DNA from: Vicugna vicugna
Taxonomy: Eukaryota
Length of the DNA stretch: 64,000 bases
Assembly: GCA_013265495.1 (NCBI GenBank)
Contig: MU057999.1
Location: 496,001-560,000, forward strand
Direction of reading: 5' to 3'
This document shows, piece after piece, positions 25,962-38,170 of the stretch. The translations under genes and the position numbers were made by a program. Within the stretch, counting starts at the first letter, position 1. Each line of letters starts with the position of its first letter. Below the pieces are notes generated by a model, which worked only from the letters and a program-made list of their open reading frames with translations, was not told the DNA's origin and searched no databases.

Positions 25962-27119
25962 TCTTTTATTTTTCCTTCCTCGCATGTGTTACAATTTGAA
26001 TTGACAGATTTGTATACCTATTGGTTTAATGCTTGTTCCCCTAAATGAAGGCAGAAGCCACGCTTGTGGTCCACAACTGTATTCCCAGCACCGAGTGAGG
26101 CGCCCCCAGAGGAGAACAGTCCTCATGCTTTGAACTGGAAAGTTGCAGCAACCAGCCAACTGCAAAGCAGCAGGGACACAGCCTCGCAGCCTCCCTCTGC
26201 ACTTTCCTCCTTGGGTGTTTCACAACATACGGTCGAAAAGCCGCCCTATGATGGCTGCTGTCATCTTCCAGCCAGTCCGAGACAGGCAGATTCCAAAGCT
26301 GCCGTCGACAATCTGACTGGCCCAGGGTTGGTCACCTAATTCCTCGTACAATGGGCTGTGGTTCTGGCACCTTATCACTTGGCAGAGGGGCAGTTCTCAG
26401 ATGAGACTCACAAGCCAAGCAGAGGGAACAGCTGTCTGCGTACAGGTATCACACTCTGATTCAGCTGGAACCTAGGCAGCTTTCACGTTTTACTGGTCGA
26501 CCAGTACTCCTGGGAAAGGCTGGGCCCGTAAGCCAGCCTGGATTCATACGGACAACCACTAGCTCTCAGTGTCTCAGGTATTACGTACCACAAATAAAGT
26601 TGTAGTAAAACCCTCACTTAACTAGAATGGGGAAGAACTGTGGCATTCTAGGTACTTTAAGTTTTTGAAAAGCTTTGTTTTCCCTTGGTATAAAATATTT
26701 CTTCTGAATATCCTACTTCTTTTTTCTACTGGGTTGTCTTTCTTCAGTTATTGAAGGACAGGTGACTTGGGGATTTTGTTCTGAGATGAGTGACCTCTAG
26801 GCAAGTCACTGGTGCACAGGATCAGCCTGAGTATGTCTGGATTACAGGTGAGCTGCCACAACCATGTTTCCGATAGAAACCCTAAAATCAGCTCATTTGC
26901 TTTGTGGTATACGTCTTCCTCCTAAAAGCTAGTAAACAAAATGACCCAGTAAAAAACTATGAAAAGAGAGATTTCAGTTATTTGATGTTTCATTTTCCAG
27001 TGGGAATAGATGTAAAAGCCAGGGCCTCTTCCCACAGATTCAATTACCTGACTCTCCCACAAGAAAGACACCACTTCACAGGGGCAAGCAATTCCAGGAG
27101 ATAAATGTCCACCAACGTG

Positions 27120-27125
27120 TTTATT
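27120..27125 (-). terminator. ANAPC13: Candidate ANAPC13 polyadenylation signal AATAAA
   Basis: tttatt at 27120-27125 reads AATAAA on the minus strand, about 730 nt after the stop codon. Confidence 0.55.
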
Positions 27126-27856
27126 AAAATACAAGTTCTTATACAAATGTCTAACTAAATACTGACTCCACGGTGTTTCAGTTATTACCTGAAAGGGCTT
27201 GGAGAAAGTAGGGAATCCTGTTACTGGATGAAACTAGTGGTCCATCTCGCCTTTCCAATGGCACCAAAGGAAGTTGTAGGGAGAACAGAGGTTAACTGTC
27301 AGATACTGTTCAATCAGTAAATTTATCCAAAGTTTGAAAAATACCATGGGGGGGAGGGTCTTAGGAGTCCCAGTAACCAGTGAATGGGCTATCGACAAAC
27401 CCATTATAACCACAGACTCCACAGAACCCACTCAGGGCGGGGCTATGTGAGAAGTGGGCTATTCTCCCCAGGGCTGGCTTCCTCTTTCCTCACCTTTCCA
27501 TCTTGCATCTTCAACCACCTGTGTCACAGGACACATATAAGTAGTTGGGAAGTGTTAAACTCTGACAGTAAAGCAAACGCAGAGTTAAAGGCAAATGTTT
27601 AATGACTCATGTTCAAACACAAACTAGTAAATAAAGAACTTTAGGTTCAAAGGGCCAAACACCCTGCATTTCTGAGACTCTCAATCAGCTTCTCACCCTG
27701 GTGAGAATTTTCACATCCCACTTTGCTGCCACTAAGTAAGTGGATGTACATTTTTGAGTGTTGATCTACCACTAAAAGATGTGAATTAGGAGACTGAAGG
27801 AAAACAATCTGTATCTGTGTATTTAAAACCACCCGCCCAGGAGCAGGGGCCAGGCT

Positions 27857-27982
27857 TCAGTTTCCCATGGGGGGCACGTTCTCGTGGAGGTACTGTAAAG
27901 CCAGGTCGGTCCACTTCATCTCTTGCTCTTTGACAGATTCTGTGGTGCCGCCGTTGTCCTGTTCAGGTTCCGGAAGCTCATT
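27857..27982 (-). CDS. ANAPC13: ANAPC13 last coding exon (APC/C subunit 13, aa 34-74 plus stop)
   Basis: Minus strand reads cttttcag|AAT GAG CTT... = NELPEPEQDNGGTTESVKEQEMKWTDLALQYLHENVPPMGN*. TGA is at 27859-27857 and the AG acceptor at 27984-27983. Matches the APC13 C-terminus as I recall it. Confidence 0.97.
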   Translation of the reverse strand, partial: NELPEPEQDNGGTTESVKEQEMKWTDLALQYLHENVPPMGN

Positions 27983-28655
27983 CTGAAAAGGTACAATGGA
28001 CATTTAGAACGACAGCATACTCGGCAGTAACAAACCCCTTAAAACTCAAGAGTACTCAGAATTAAAACCTGTGAGTTCCTAGAAACAGGCAGCAAAATTA
28101 ACAGAATTGTATCCTACGGAAAAAGCCAGAATTAAAAAATGTGAGGAGCTATCCCAGGTATCGCTCAGATGTGCCCTGATCCACCTCGTCAGGAGTGATG
28201 GCGGTATGACTCTGGTGCTTGTGTAGGAGGCAGTGTGGCTAAGGACACGGGCTTCTGGAAGCCACCGGGATCCAAGCCCGTGACTCCCCACGTGCTGGGC
28301 TATGCGGGCAAGGTACTCAGTCCCTCGGAGCCTTCGTTTCCTCTTGGGCAGTGGGAGGAAAAAGTGGCCATCACCTCACAGGACTGCTGTGAGGACTAAG
28401 CGAGGGGCCTGAAGTCAGGTGCTCAGCGCTGTGTGGGGTTATCCAGCGCAAAGAATATTTGGAATCCTTACTGGTGGCTAGAATACTGAAGAGCCAGTCC
28501 TAAATCTTTTTCCGGGAAGCTGCTTTATAGAATACCACACTTGCCGGCATATTCTTTAAGGACAAGAAATGTATTGAAAACCATCCTGTATCCAACCTGC
28601 CTATACTACAATGGAGGTTAAATGGGGAGCCCTGAAAATGTAACATAATAGATGA

Positions 28656-28674
28656 GACTTCCCCCTAGTGGTGG
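28656..28674 (-). promoter_or_regulatory. Candidate CTCF site in ANAPC13 intron 2
   Basis: Minus strand CCACCACTAGGGGGAAGTC, one mismatch from the core. Confidence 0.35.
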
Positions 28675-28770
28675 AGCCGGGCAACACAAAGCAACACATC
28701 CTACCAGCAATTTTCTTAAAATGGTCCGCCGTGGGCCATACCCAGTGCAGAATCTGGGCTAGTTTCCTTA

Positions 28771-28950
28771 TACATGTGTATTTCCAGCTTTATTGAGATT
28801 TAACTTACGTATAACACTGTGTAAGTTTAAGGTTGTACTACACAACGATGTATAGGTATACACTGCGAAATGATTACTGAATTAAGGTTAATTAACACAT
28901 CCATCACCTCACAGTTACCATGTTTTTGTACGTGTGGTGAGATCTTTCCA
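28771..28950 (-). mobile_element. Older L1 (L1MA-type) 3' end
   Basis: ctttattgag...ataacactgtgtaagtttaagg...catcacctcacagttacc, flanked by TAGTTTCCTTA at 28760 and 28951. Confidence 0.75.
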
Positions 28951-28966
28951 TAGTTTCCTTACATTT

Positions 28967-29004
28967 TGTAAGTACTGCGCCCTAACCGATTGTGCCACTG
29001 GAGC
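28967..29004 (-). pseudogene. 5'-half tRNA-Ile(UAU) tailless retropseudogene
   Basis: Minus strand GCTCCAGTGGCACAATCGGTTAGGGCGCAGTACTTACA against the recalled tRNA-Ile-TAT 5' exon GCTCCAGTGGCGCAATCGGTTAGCGCGCGGTACTTATA gives 34/38 identity. There is no 3' half, and a 16-bp TSD flanks it. Confidence 0.8.
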
Positions 29005-29577
29005 TTCCAGTTTCCTTATGTTTTAAACTTCACTTTATTATCACTGAAACTCTGCTTTGTACTAGAATTCACTGATGCCAATATATTTCTTTTCAGTTAT
29101 TTGGATTTACTTTTTTTTTAGGGTAGCAAACTATTACCCAATATCCAGACTTAGGATTCCGCACTGGACTCCAATTTGCAGAATATGAATATAATAATTT
29201 TTTTCCTTCAAATGTATGATGTTTAATATATACGAAATTATTTACTTACACAACATGTACAAGTATACCTGAATCACATACATCTTGATCTTCAAATATA
29301 ATACTCAGATTCAAACATACTTGTACAAATTTACTGGAAAGTAAAAATGCATTCGAAGAGAGTTTGGTTTCAATAATTACTTAGAGCTGACAAAGCATAA
29401 ACAAGTCCTTGGTTAATCAATTATTTAATTCGGAACTTATTTAATTTTATCTGGTTCTAAAATAGCATGTCTTTCATTTGGTCACTACTGTCTCCTGCAA
29501 TGAATGCCAACATATAAAATTGCATATGTGCTTAGAAAACAAAGTGTCATAAAGTATGGCAAACACAACCATCTCCT

Positions 29578-30060
29578 ATGGTGCACTGCAAAAATGGCCA
29601 CAATTCTTTGCAGCTGCTCCTCTGAAAAGACAGTTCATTTCTTAACCCTTGGATTGGACTGGCCATGTGACTTGCTGTGGCTCCCAGAAAGCAGCTGCAA
29701 TGCCATGGGCCAGTTCGCAGCCTAGACTCCATGAAGCCTTGCCGTTTCCTCTGATGCTGCCCTTGGAACCCTAAGATGACTATGTGAAGTCTGGGCTAAT
29801 CCTTGTATGATGAGACTATGGCCCAGTCAGTTCATCACCCCCACTCACAGCTTGCTAACTGCCAGACATGTCAAAGTGTCCTGAATCACCCAGCCTACTG
29901 GCTGACTGCAAAACACCAGCAAGTCCAGCAGAAATCATCCGAGCTGGTGAAGATCAGAAGACTCTCTCAACAAGCTACAAAAGCATGACATAAATAGCTG
30001 TGGTTTCGAGCCACTGATTTGGGGGTTATTTGTTAGGCAGCAGCAAAAGCTAAGTGACAT
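29578..30060 (+). mobile_element. MaLR LTR (MLT1F-like)
   Basis: aaaaatggccacaattcttt...ggccatgtgacttgct...ggttatttgttaggcagca...gctaagtgaca. Confidence 0.7.
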
Positions 30061-31906
30061 ACACATCGCCTTAGAATCACAAGCCCTGGGGAAAGACGAG
30101 GATTAGCAACAGGACCAGGTGACAGCCTGGAAGTCAAATGGAAATTTCCCTCTCGCAACCCCTTCCAGACAGATGGTCCCCAAATCCTGCTGTTCGCATG
30201 TCCAGAATTCAGCAATTCCCCTCCACTTTCTTGCCTTTGTTTAGACACTTGTCTAGACACTGCTCTGTCACCTTCTTCTGCCCTGTCTCTCCTTGGCACA
30301 TTCTGTAACAATGCTGCTAAACTGATTTTCTAATGTATTTGAGCATGGCAGATTTCGATTTTGAAGACCACTCATTAAAGGATGTCCTCAGGATGAGGGC
30401 TAAGCAGGGCATCAAATGCTCCTCTCAAAATCGGGTCCAAGACCAACTTTTCTTCCTACTTTACATGATAAGTACTCTCCATCCATACCGAATGCCTCAC
30501 CATCTCCCACAGCCTTTCAAAACTCTAAGCCTTTGCAAAACTCTAACCTCCTCTGCTGGAGGGCCCTTACCTACGCCCACTAAACCTCTGGTCCTCCCTT
30601 ATGAGCAGCTGAAACATTATTTTCTCTCTGAAACGCTTCCTGATGCCCACCAGGCAGCCACTTCTCATACTACGCAGCTGCTCACGACCTGACTTAGACT
30701 ACTTGCTACTACAATTATTTATTGATATGTGCTGCCTCTCTAGACCTCGAGGGGCAGAAACTATACCTTGTGTTTATCCAGTCTTACTGCACAAAGTAGG
30801 CTTCAAAGAACTGCTCGTGGAATGAAAGAACCAACAAAAGTCCACAGAATAGAACTGGAGCCTTACAGAGCTAGATGTGATGTCCAGCTTATCAGCTACC
30901 AGCCTTTGGGCAAGTTCTCCTCTTTGATCCTAGTTCCTTCCTATCCACGGCGGATAACATCACCCCCCTCCCTTGAAAGTTGTTTTAAGGATTAGAGACA
31001 CTGTATGTCAGATTTCAACCTTGATCCATTGCACGAGACAGATATTCAGTAAGTGGAGCTATAATTATTATGCTCTCTCTTTTGACTATTTTTCTAAGAA
31101 TAAGCTGTGACTTATTCTTTGATATGCATATTAGTCATTGAATATACTATCTCTTATTCTTAACTGAAAGTGGAAGTGAGCTGAATGTCATTTCTCTGTA
31201 AGTAAATGTAGCAACAGACAGTCTGCCTGCAAGCTCTATTTTATTGACAGCTCTTTTCACGGCAGTTGGCATGCTCTCAAGAAAAATTGTCCCTGTTCTT
31301 GCTAGGCCTGCATGACATAAATACGATTTTCAATAAGCATTTATTCAAGCAAAATATTTAGATCACTTATTACACGAGGGTTAACAGACCAGTAGCAGGA
31401 GAATTTTCCAGATCAAGAAAGAAAAGAGAGCCTGTTGGTCTCAGTACAAATGAAGAAAAGTCGGTTGTCTTCCGGATTATTTTCCAGGGAACCTAGGAAA
31501 GTTGTGTGTTCCGAAACATGTGAGTTTCTAAAAATATCAACTGACAAACGACAGGCAGAGGAGAAATGAAGTTTATAGGCCACTGCTTCTTGTTCCTCCT
31601 CACCATGTGCATTAAACTCTCACTATGTGGCTTACTAGCTTTGGTGTGATGGATAGAACATGGCTCGGAAGATCCGGGGTTCAGTTCTGGCAGGACCCCT
31701 AACTGAGCTGGTCCACCAGCTCTCTGAACCACATTTCTCCTCAAATAAAAAGTTGAACTAAATGCTCTCCAGAGGCTTCTAGAATTAGAAGACTTCCCAG
31801 TTTTGATTTCTTTGCCTTACTAGTTTATTTGTCCATTGTCTTACCTCTACTAGGGTCTTTCAGATCATACCTTTAACCCACCACTCTAGCACAAATCATA
31901 GCCTAC

Positions 31907-32005
31907 CAGTGGTATTGCAACATCCTCATAAGGCAGCTTGTCTTCTCGCCAAGCATCGTCAATCAAATCCAAGATCCTTCCATCTCTCTGTACCTCACTG
32001 TCCAT
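31907..32005 (-). CDS. ANAPC13: ANAPC13 first coding exon (aa 1-33); the exon with its UTR spans 31907-32035
   Basis: ggagcATGG (strong Kozak) encodes MDSEVQRDGRILDLIDDAWREDKLPYEDVAIPL, followed by donor gtaggc. Acceptor ttggcttacag ends at 32036. The 99-nt phase-0 exon joins the last exon in frame to give 74 aa. Confidence 0.97.
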
Positions 32006-33331
32006 GCTCCTGCAGCAGCTCTGATCTTGCCAGATCTGTAAGCCAAAGAGATTACTTCTTAAGCATTAAGATGAATGAGGAGATGATGTAATCAAGCACT
32101 TGGATTCTCCAGGCTCTTTTAGCCTGGATGTGTCTTTTGGCGTAATATCACTCTGCAGAAGGCTCATCTCATCTGTCAGCTTACTGTTTGTTTGTAAGAT
32201 CACAGTCCCTCCCAGCTGACTTTCCCAGTGACACACAGATTCCAGCTTTTTGTAAAGTTTTCTCAGATCACTCCAGCTTTAGCACACATCCTGCCCTTGA
32301 ACCGTTCCTTCTTGTCCTTACCTCCACTCAACAAGCTGGCTTTGTAAATGACTGCTCAGGTATTATTGTTTCCAACTGCCAGGTGTAAATTTTGTATCAA
32401 TGACCCTGCACATCTTTCCCCAATTTGCCCTCAATCTTTTTTCACCTGTTTCTCTTCTAAACACCTCTAACCCTGTTATACTTTCCAGTCTTGGCAGTTA
32501 AGAGTCTCCTTGCCCCTTCATTAACACCTACTTTTCCTTCCAAACTCAAAGTTGGGTGTCAGCTCATAGGCTCAACAACCCATTTCCAGAGTTAGGCGCT
32601 AAACTGCCTTCACTCTTAAAGGGCTTTAAAAGTGGAAAGCATCGAGACAATCCAGGACACGGCAGCTGTTCCAAGCACCTGCCACACTCGCCAGAATGAA
32701 CCATTAACCAGTTTCCTGAACAAAACTTTTCTTACACATGTGAGTGTCCCAATGCCTGGAATGCTCTGTCTTCCTCCTTTCCCCCAGCTAATCCAAATAA
32801 CTGAGCTCCCACGTCGCTTCCCGCAGGAGGCCTTCTCCAAGAGCCAGGTAGAGTGCGGTCCCCTCCTCTAAGCGGTGCCACTGTTCCCCTGGCGCAGTGA
32901 ACGCTCCCAATCGGGAGCTTCTTACACTGCCGGTCACGTGGTCTTCCCACACACGCGGTGAGTATGTTCCCCGGGGCGGGGGCAGTTTTATTCACCTCAG
33001 CTTTTGAGTTCCGTTAACGAATGCAGTTACTTGAACAAAGCCGGAACGCCTCTTCCCTCCCTAGAAATGACCCTCGCAGGCCACCACCATCCGTACAGAC
33101 GTAGGAGGCCGCCCCACGGCCGCTGCTTCCGCCCAGAGGCGGGATATACCAAATGCGGAAGCGGGGGATGTGCAGGACCGCCGAGCAAGTCCCTCTCCAT
33201 TCCGCTCGACGTGCGATAAGAGAAGTGGTTTCGAGGATGAGGTGAAAACGACAGCCTCGGCAAAGAGGAGCGGCAGAAGTCCGAACGCCCGCCCCTCCAA
33301 GACTTAGCCTAGAGGTGCGGGAAAACCTTAC

Positions 33332-33400
33332 CAGCACCCGGCCCAGCGCGGCTCCCGCGTCCTCCGGGCCACACCCTCAGCGTCACGTGACCCGCACGCC
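33332..33400 (-). other. ANAPC13: ANAPC13 probable non-coding first exon (5' end approximate)
   Basis: Strong minus-strand donor CTG|gtaagg (33331-33326) inside the CpG island. The TSS cannot be determined from sequence. Confidence 0.6.
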
Positions 33401-33499
33401 TTCTCCCCGATCCCCGGATGTGGGTGAGCCCATTTGCGGGCGCGGAGGGGGGAGTCAGGGAGGACGCTTCAATTAAAAGTGAGGGGGCAGGGGTGGGAC

Positions 33500-33566
33500 G
33501 AACGTGCCAACGACGGAGGCGGAACGTCAGGTTGGCGGTGACGCGCATGCGCGCCCCCGGCCGGAG
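33500..33566 (+). other. CEP63: CEP63 probable non-coding first exon (5' end approximate)
   Basis: Donor GAG|gtaacg at 33567 in the CpG island, just after an NRF1 site. Confidence 0.5.
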
Positions 33567-35410
33567 GTAACGGCGGGAAGCCTCGGGGGCGCGCTCGCGG
33601 CAGCCCCGTAACCGCATGTGCGAACGTCGGACGGGCGAGGGGCGGCCGTGTCCCGGCCCGGTGGCAGTCCTGGCTGTGGTGGGGCCACGGGCCGAGCAGC
33701 CATATGGCCCGGGGCGGGCTTCCTCAGCCGCCCGCTGGCCTCCAGGCCCGCCCCCGCCGCCTCGGCTCCGCCCCGGCGCCCCGCCCCTCGGCCTTGCCGC
33801 GGATGTCCTGCGGACCCGCGCAGCCCGATCTGACCTCCCTCGGCGCGCCGTCCGGGCCAGCCAGGTGGTCAGCCCTTCCCTGGAGGCCGGGCCGGCGGGA
33901 GGGCGGCGGGGTGGGCGAGCTGCTCATCTTCCCCGAGCGGAGTCAGCCGCGGGCCAGTCTTCCACTTCAGGGGAGGGACCCCCGGCACAGCCCTCCCGCC
34001 TGGGCTGCCTCATCTGGTTAGCTTCCTAGCATTGTTGCGATTTAGGTCATTGACGGCAGGTGGTAGCGGTTCGTTTATGGGTGGGAAGTTTAGCGAGTTT
34101 TAAATCATGAGTTGGTTAAAAACGTTAATGTTAGTACAGGAGGTATGGAAATGGGGCAGAAATCATGAAGGACTGAAGTTGGGGAACCCAGAACTCACGA
34201 ATTGCTCCATACAGATCAGGGATGGGAAATAAATTATAAGAGTGATGGTTTAAAGGGGACGGGGCCTTAGAACACTGTAATCTGGAAGATATTTGAAGGC
34301 AGTAAATCTAGGCTTATAATGTTTTTCTTATGTCCCTTACAGCATCCAAGAGTAAGGATGAGCCTGCTGTCAGTGACTAGTCTTCATTTATAGTTATAGT
34401 AGACTTACTTGCACAAAGTAGTTTTCCGTGAGCCTTGCAGAAGATTCCTTAAGCCAGTCTTGGAAAAAAAATTTTTTTTCTTTCTTTAATAAAGCAGTAT
34501 TGTAGCGTTAGTGCCCTGTGGTTATACAGTCCGCGCATGTTTGCATTTGATTTTATTTTCTATACGTGAAGAGGAAATCACCATAAGAATCATTAAGTTG
34601 AGATACCTTCAAATATTTAGATTATACTGATCATAGCTGTAGCTTAATGATATAGTAAAGTGTATGTATTTTCTTATTTGGAATGTAGTATTGTATTTAG
34701 GTTGATTTTTATCTCGAGCATCTTGCCATTTGACTGTATCATTATCAGTGATCAGATATAGTAAGAAATAGTGAAGTTAAAAGTGGGTTAAATATTTATA
34801 AACATTCAGTCACACTGAATGTTTTAAAACTTAAGGTTTTAAAAGTTATTTGTAGTGATTGTCTATGCTAATTGTACTGATGCCACTTGTGTCGCATTAA
34901 AAGATAGAATACCTTTGCTTGGTCCTTCCTGTCCTCACTTATGTACTAGTGGTGGCAGATGAAGACAGCATCAGTAGTCCACTTTATCAGAGCTTCTTGC
35001 TTATAAATGTATGCCAATGTGATCTGAAATTCAATTAAAGCCAACATTGACACAGTTTCAGAAATTGAATTTTTGGTTTTTATGTTACCTTAATTTTTTT
35101 CTTCAAGAACTGTTTGTGTTTTGAGTTTTACAAAACAACAGTACTATCATCACACCTATGAAAATTAATAAAAATCCCATAATGTCAATATTCAGTCTGA
35201 GTTCAGATTTTCCCAGCTATCCCATAGAATTAGCTTGTTTGCATCAAAATCCCGTAGAGATCAATGTGTTGCATTGGGTTGATACACCTTCTCAGTCTTT
35301 TTTAATATAGCAGTTTCATTGCCTCCCCTTTTCTCCTAACATTCTAGATTTATCTTTAATGTGTGCATGTATTCCCTTTATTTCCTTTAAACCAGTAGTA
35401 AGATCTAGAA

Positions 35411-35608
35411 CCTTACTCTCCAAAATAGTAGGCATTAGCCAGCTGTGGCTATTTAAATGAATTAAAATGAAACTAAAAATTTCAGTTCCCTCATCGAATT
35501 GGCCACATTTCAAGTGTCCAGTGGTCACAGGTGCCTGCCTAATGAAGATTCTTTGAATGGCGTATGTATAAATATTTCCATAACTGCAGAAAGTTCTGTT
35601 GATCTCTG
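35411..35608. mobile_element. MER3-like hAT-Charlie element
   Basis: tagccagctgtggctatttaaat...ccacatttcaagtg...gcagaaagttct, with 8-bp TSD ATCTAGAA at 35403-35410 and 35609-35616. Confidence 0.8.
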
Positions 35609-38151
35609 ATCTAGAAGCTTGATCAGATTCAGTCTTGACTCTTTGCAGGGTGAGGGTGGGGCGAGATTTCATAGGTGGTGGAAAAGACTTCAGAGAGGCA
35701 TGTAGTGTCTGACTTTCCTCTTTTTCTGTGATGTTAAGATTGAGCAGCGTAGTGGGTTCGGGTGTTGTCAGCCCAATCCATCTATCATGAAATTCCCCAT
35801 TAGTCTCTCACTTAATGGTGAGATACTTCCATGGATTTAGATTGCTTATAACCATTATTGCATTAGGGGTTGCAATATGGTGATTTTCTATCATTCTTCT
35901 GTATTTATTAGCTGGAAATTGTTTATGAAGAACTTTTTACCTCAGTTTTAATACAGTTTGTAGAGGGTTTTGCCTTTTTTTTTAATCATCATGAATGGTT
36001 AGACTTGTATATATTTAACCTATTTCAACCTAGTGCAGGGTTTTTGGTTTTTTTGGGGGTGGGGGATACTCACATTGTCCCGTTGTTGGCCAGTAGGTTA
36101 GGGTACATTTAGACAAGTTTAGCTTTCATTCCTGGTTTCTCTACTCTATTTCCCTTCCTTAAAGGATCATATTTACCAGTTTTGAGTTTATACTTCCATA
36201 AAAACAAATGCACTATATATATGCATTATATATTATATATGTGTGTATAGTTATATATATTTAATATATTTTAATATTTCTGTTATACATGGAATGTAAT
36301 TGATATTTATATGGTATATCTATAGTTTTCTCCTTTTTTAGGTAAAAGGTATTATTTGCATGTACTGTTTCGTATCTTACTTTTTTCATCTAGTATTACA
36401 TACTCTGTAGATCCCATCATAGAAGTATGTAGAAATTGTTTCCCCTTTTCACAGTGTTATAGTATTATTCCATTGGTGGATGAATATTCAGCTAGTCCCC
36501 TGTTGATGGACAATTGTGTTGCTTCCTGCTATTGCAAATAGCCCTGCAGTGTACATCTTTCTGCATGTATGATTTTGTATTCTTGCCAACATATGTTTGG
36601 GATAGAGTCCTAGAAGTGGCATCATTGGATCACAGGGTAAATGCATATGTATCAGTAGCTAACTATGGCGAAAATTTCTGCTGTAGTTGTACCATTTTGC
36701 ATTCCCACCTACAAAGTGAATGCCTGTTTCCCCATAGCCTTGTCAGCAGAGGGTATTGTCAGACTTTTAAATTTTCGTTAACCTGATATGGAAGAAAGGG
36801 TAACTCAGTGTACTTTAAATTTGTATTTCTCTTATTGTGAGCAAGGCTGGGCATCTTTTCATATGTTTAAGGTCATCTGCATTTCTTTTTCTCTGAACTC
36901 TTTGTTCATATATCTTGTGCTCATTTTTCTATAGGTTTCTTTTTTTTCCCCTCAAGTTTTAGAAGCTCTTTATATATCTGGATAATTAAGCTCTCAGGAC
37001 AAAACGTCCAGATAATGTTGTCATTTATCTTTCAACTTTGTTTACAGCATTCTTCCCATGTAAAAGTGTATTTTTATCTACTCAGGTTTCTCAGTCTTCT
37101 CCCTTATTCTTTCTGGATTTTAAGTCATAGTTTGGATAATGTTTTAAAATTTCATTTTTATTTTGGAAAATTTCTTTGATATTTTATCTGATATGATCCT
37201 ACTTAAACTTAAGGGAAGAACTTCTGGGCAGTGGTAAGTGACATTGATTATTTATTGGAGCAGCCACAGTTTAGTCATGGTATATCTGACACAGCCATAG
37301 AACTCTGTAATCACTGTAATATCAAGGCAGGTAGGGGACAGAGCATAATTATCCTCCAATTTCAATTCCAATATGTTAATGAATTTCAGAGATTTGCCCA
37401 TTATCTGATACCCTCTTTGGAGTCTCTTCTCTAAGGTTTAAAGTATGTTTTCCCTGCTTCCCAGACTTGGTGAAAAAGCCTTTATTTCCTTTAACCATCC
37501 CATTCCACATTTCACTGATTTAAAACAGGCTTCATTCCAAAGGAGAGTTATAATTAATAACTTCTGTTTATTGATGTCTTGGTCTAACTGCAGAAATGAC
37601 TAAGATTGTCCTGTACCAGTCATAGGGCTACATAGTTTCCACTTAACTACATTAACATTTATGTTAGTGGCAAAGAGTAGCAGATTATCAAACAGTAATT
37701 ACTTAAATTTGTACTTAATATTATGGACAGAGAATAAACTTTACATAATAATTGCATGCCATAGCCAAAAAAGAACGCAAAGTGACACAGTGAATGGAGC
37801 TGAATGAGGGTCAGGTTGGTTAGGAAAGGAGTCAGAGATACAGCAGGAGATACGCAGATGAGAGAAGTCCACAGAAGATCAGAGTCCTTGCTGTTTACCT
37901 GAGGGATGAGAACTGATGCTTTGTCAGCTGCTCAAGCAGGTGGTGAAAGTATTGTTAAAAAAAATCGTAAAAATATTTTATATTAGTAAGATTATTTTCC
38001 ACAGAGAATGTTAATATATTAACATCCCCCTCCCCCGGCCTGGATCCCTACTTTTTTTTAAAGAACAGATGTCCTTGTCTTAGTCTCAGACCATGATTTT
38101 GATTTCTGAAATGGCAGTTTTCCCCCATGTGGACCGTTTTCGCTACTGTGC

Positions 38152-38170
38152 TGCTTCCATCTAGTGGCCG
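38152..38170 (-). promoter_or_regulatory. Candidate CTCF site in CEP63 intron 1
   Basis: Minus strand CGGCCACTAGATGGAAGCA, one mismatch from the core CCACYAGRKGGCR. Confidence 0.45.

Larger units (their letters stand above)
32810..34020. promoter_or_regulatory. CpG island and bidirectional promoter of ANAPC13 and CEP63
   Basis: Very high GC and CpG density between the divergent genes. Contains the NRF1 palindrome GCGCATGCGC (33543-33552), E-boxes GTCACGTGAC (33382-33391) and GTCACGTG (32933-32940), GC boxes and ETS-like CGGAA motifs. Confidence 0.9.

Noticed and set aside
33616..34029. Several overlapping Pro/Ala/Arg/Gly-rich ORFs
   Set aside because: Expected from stop-codon depletion in a CpG island.
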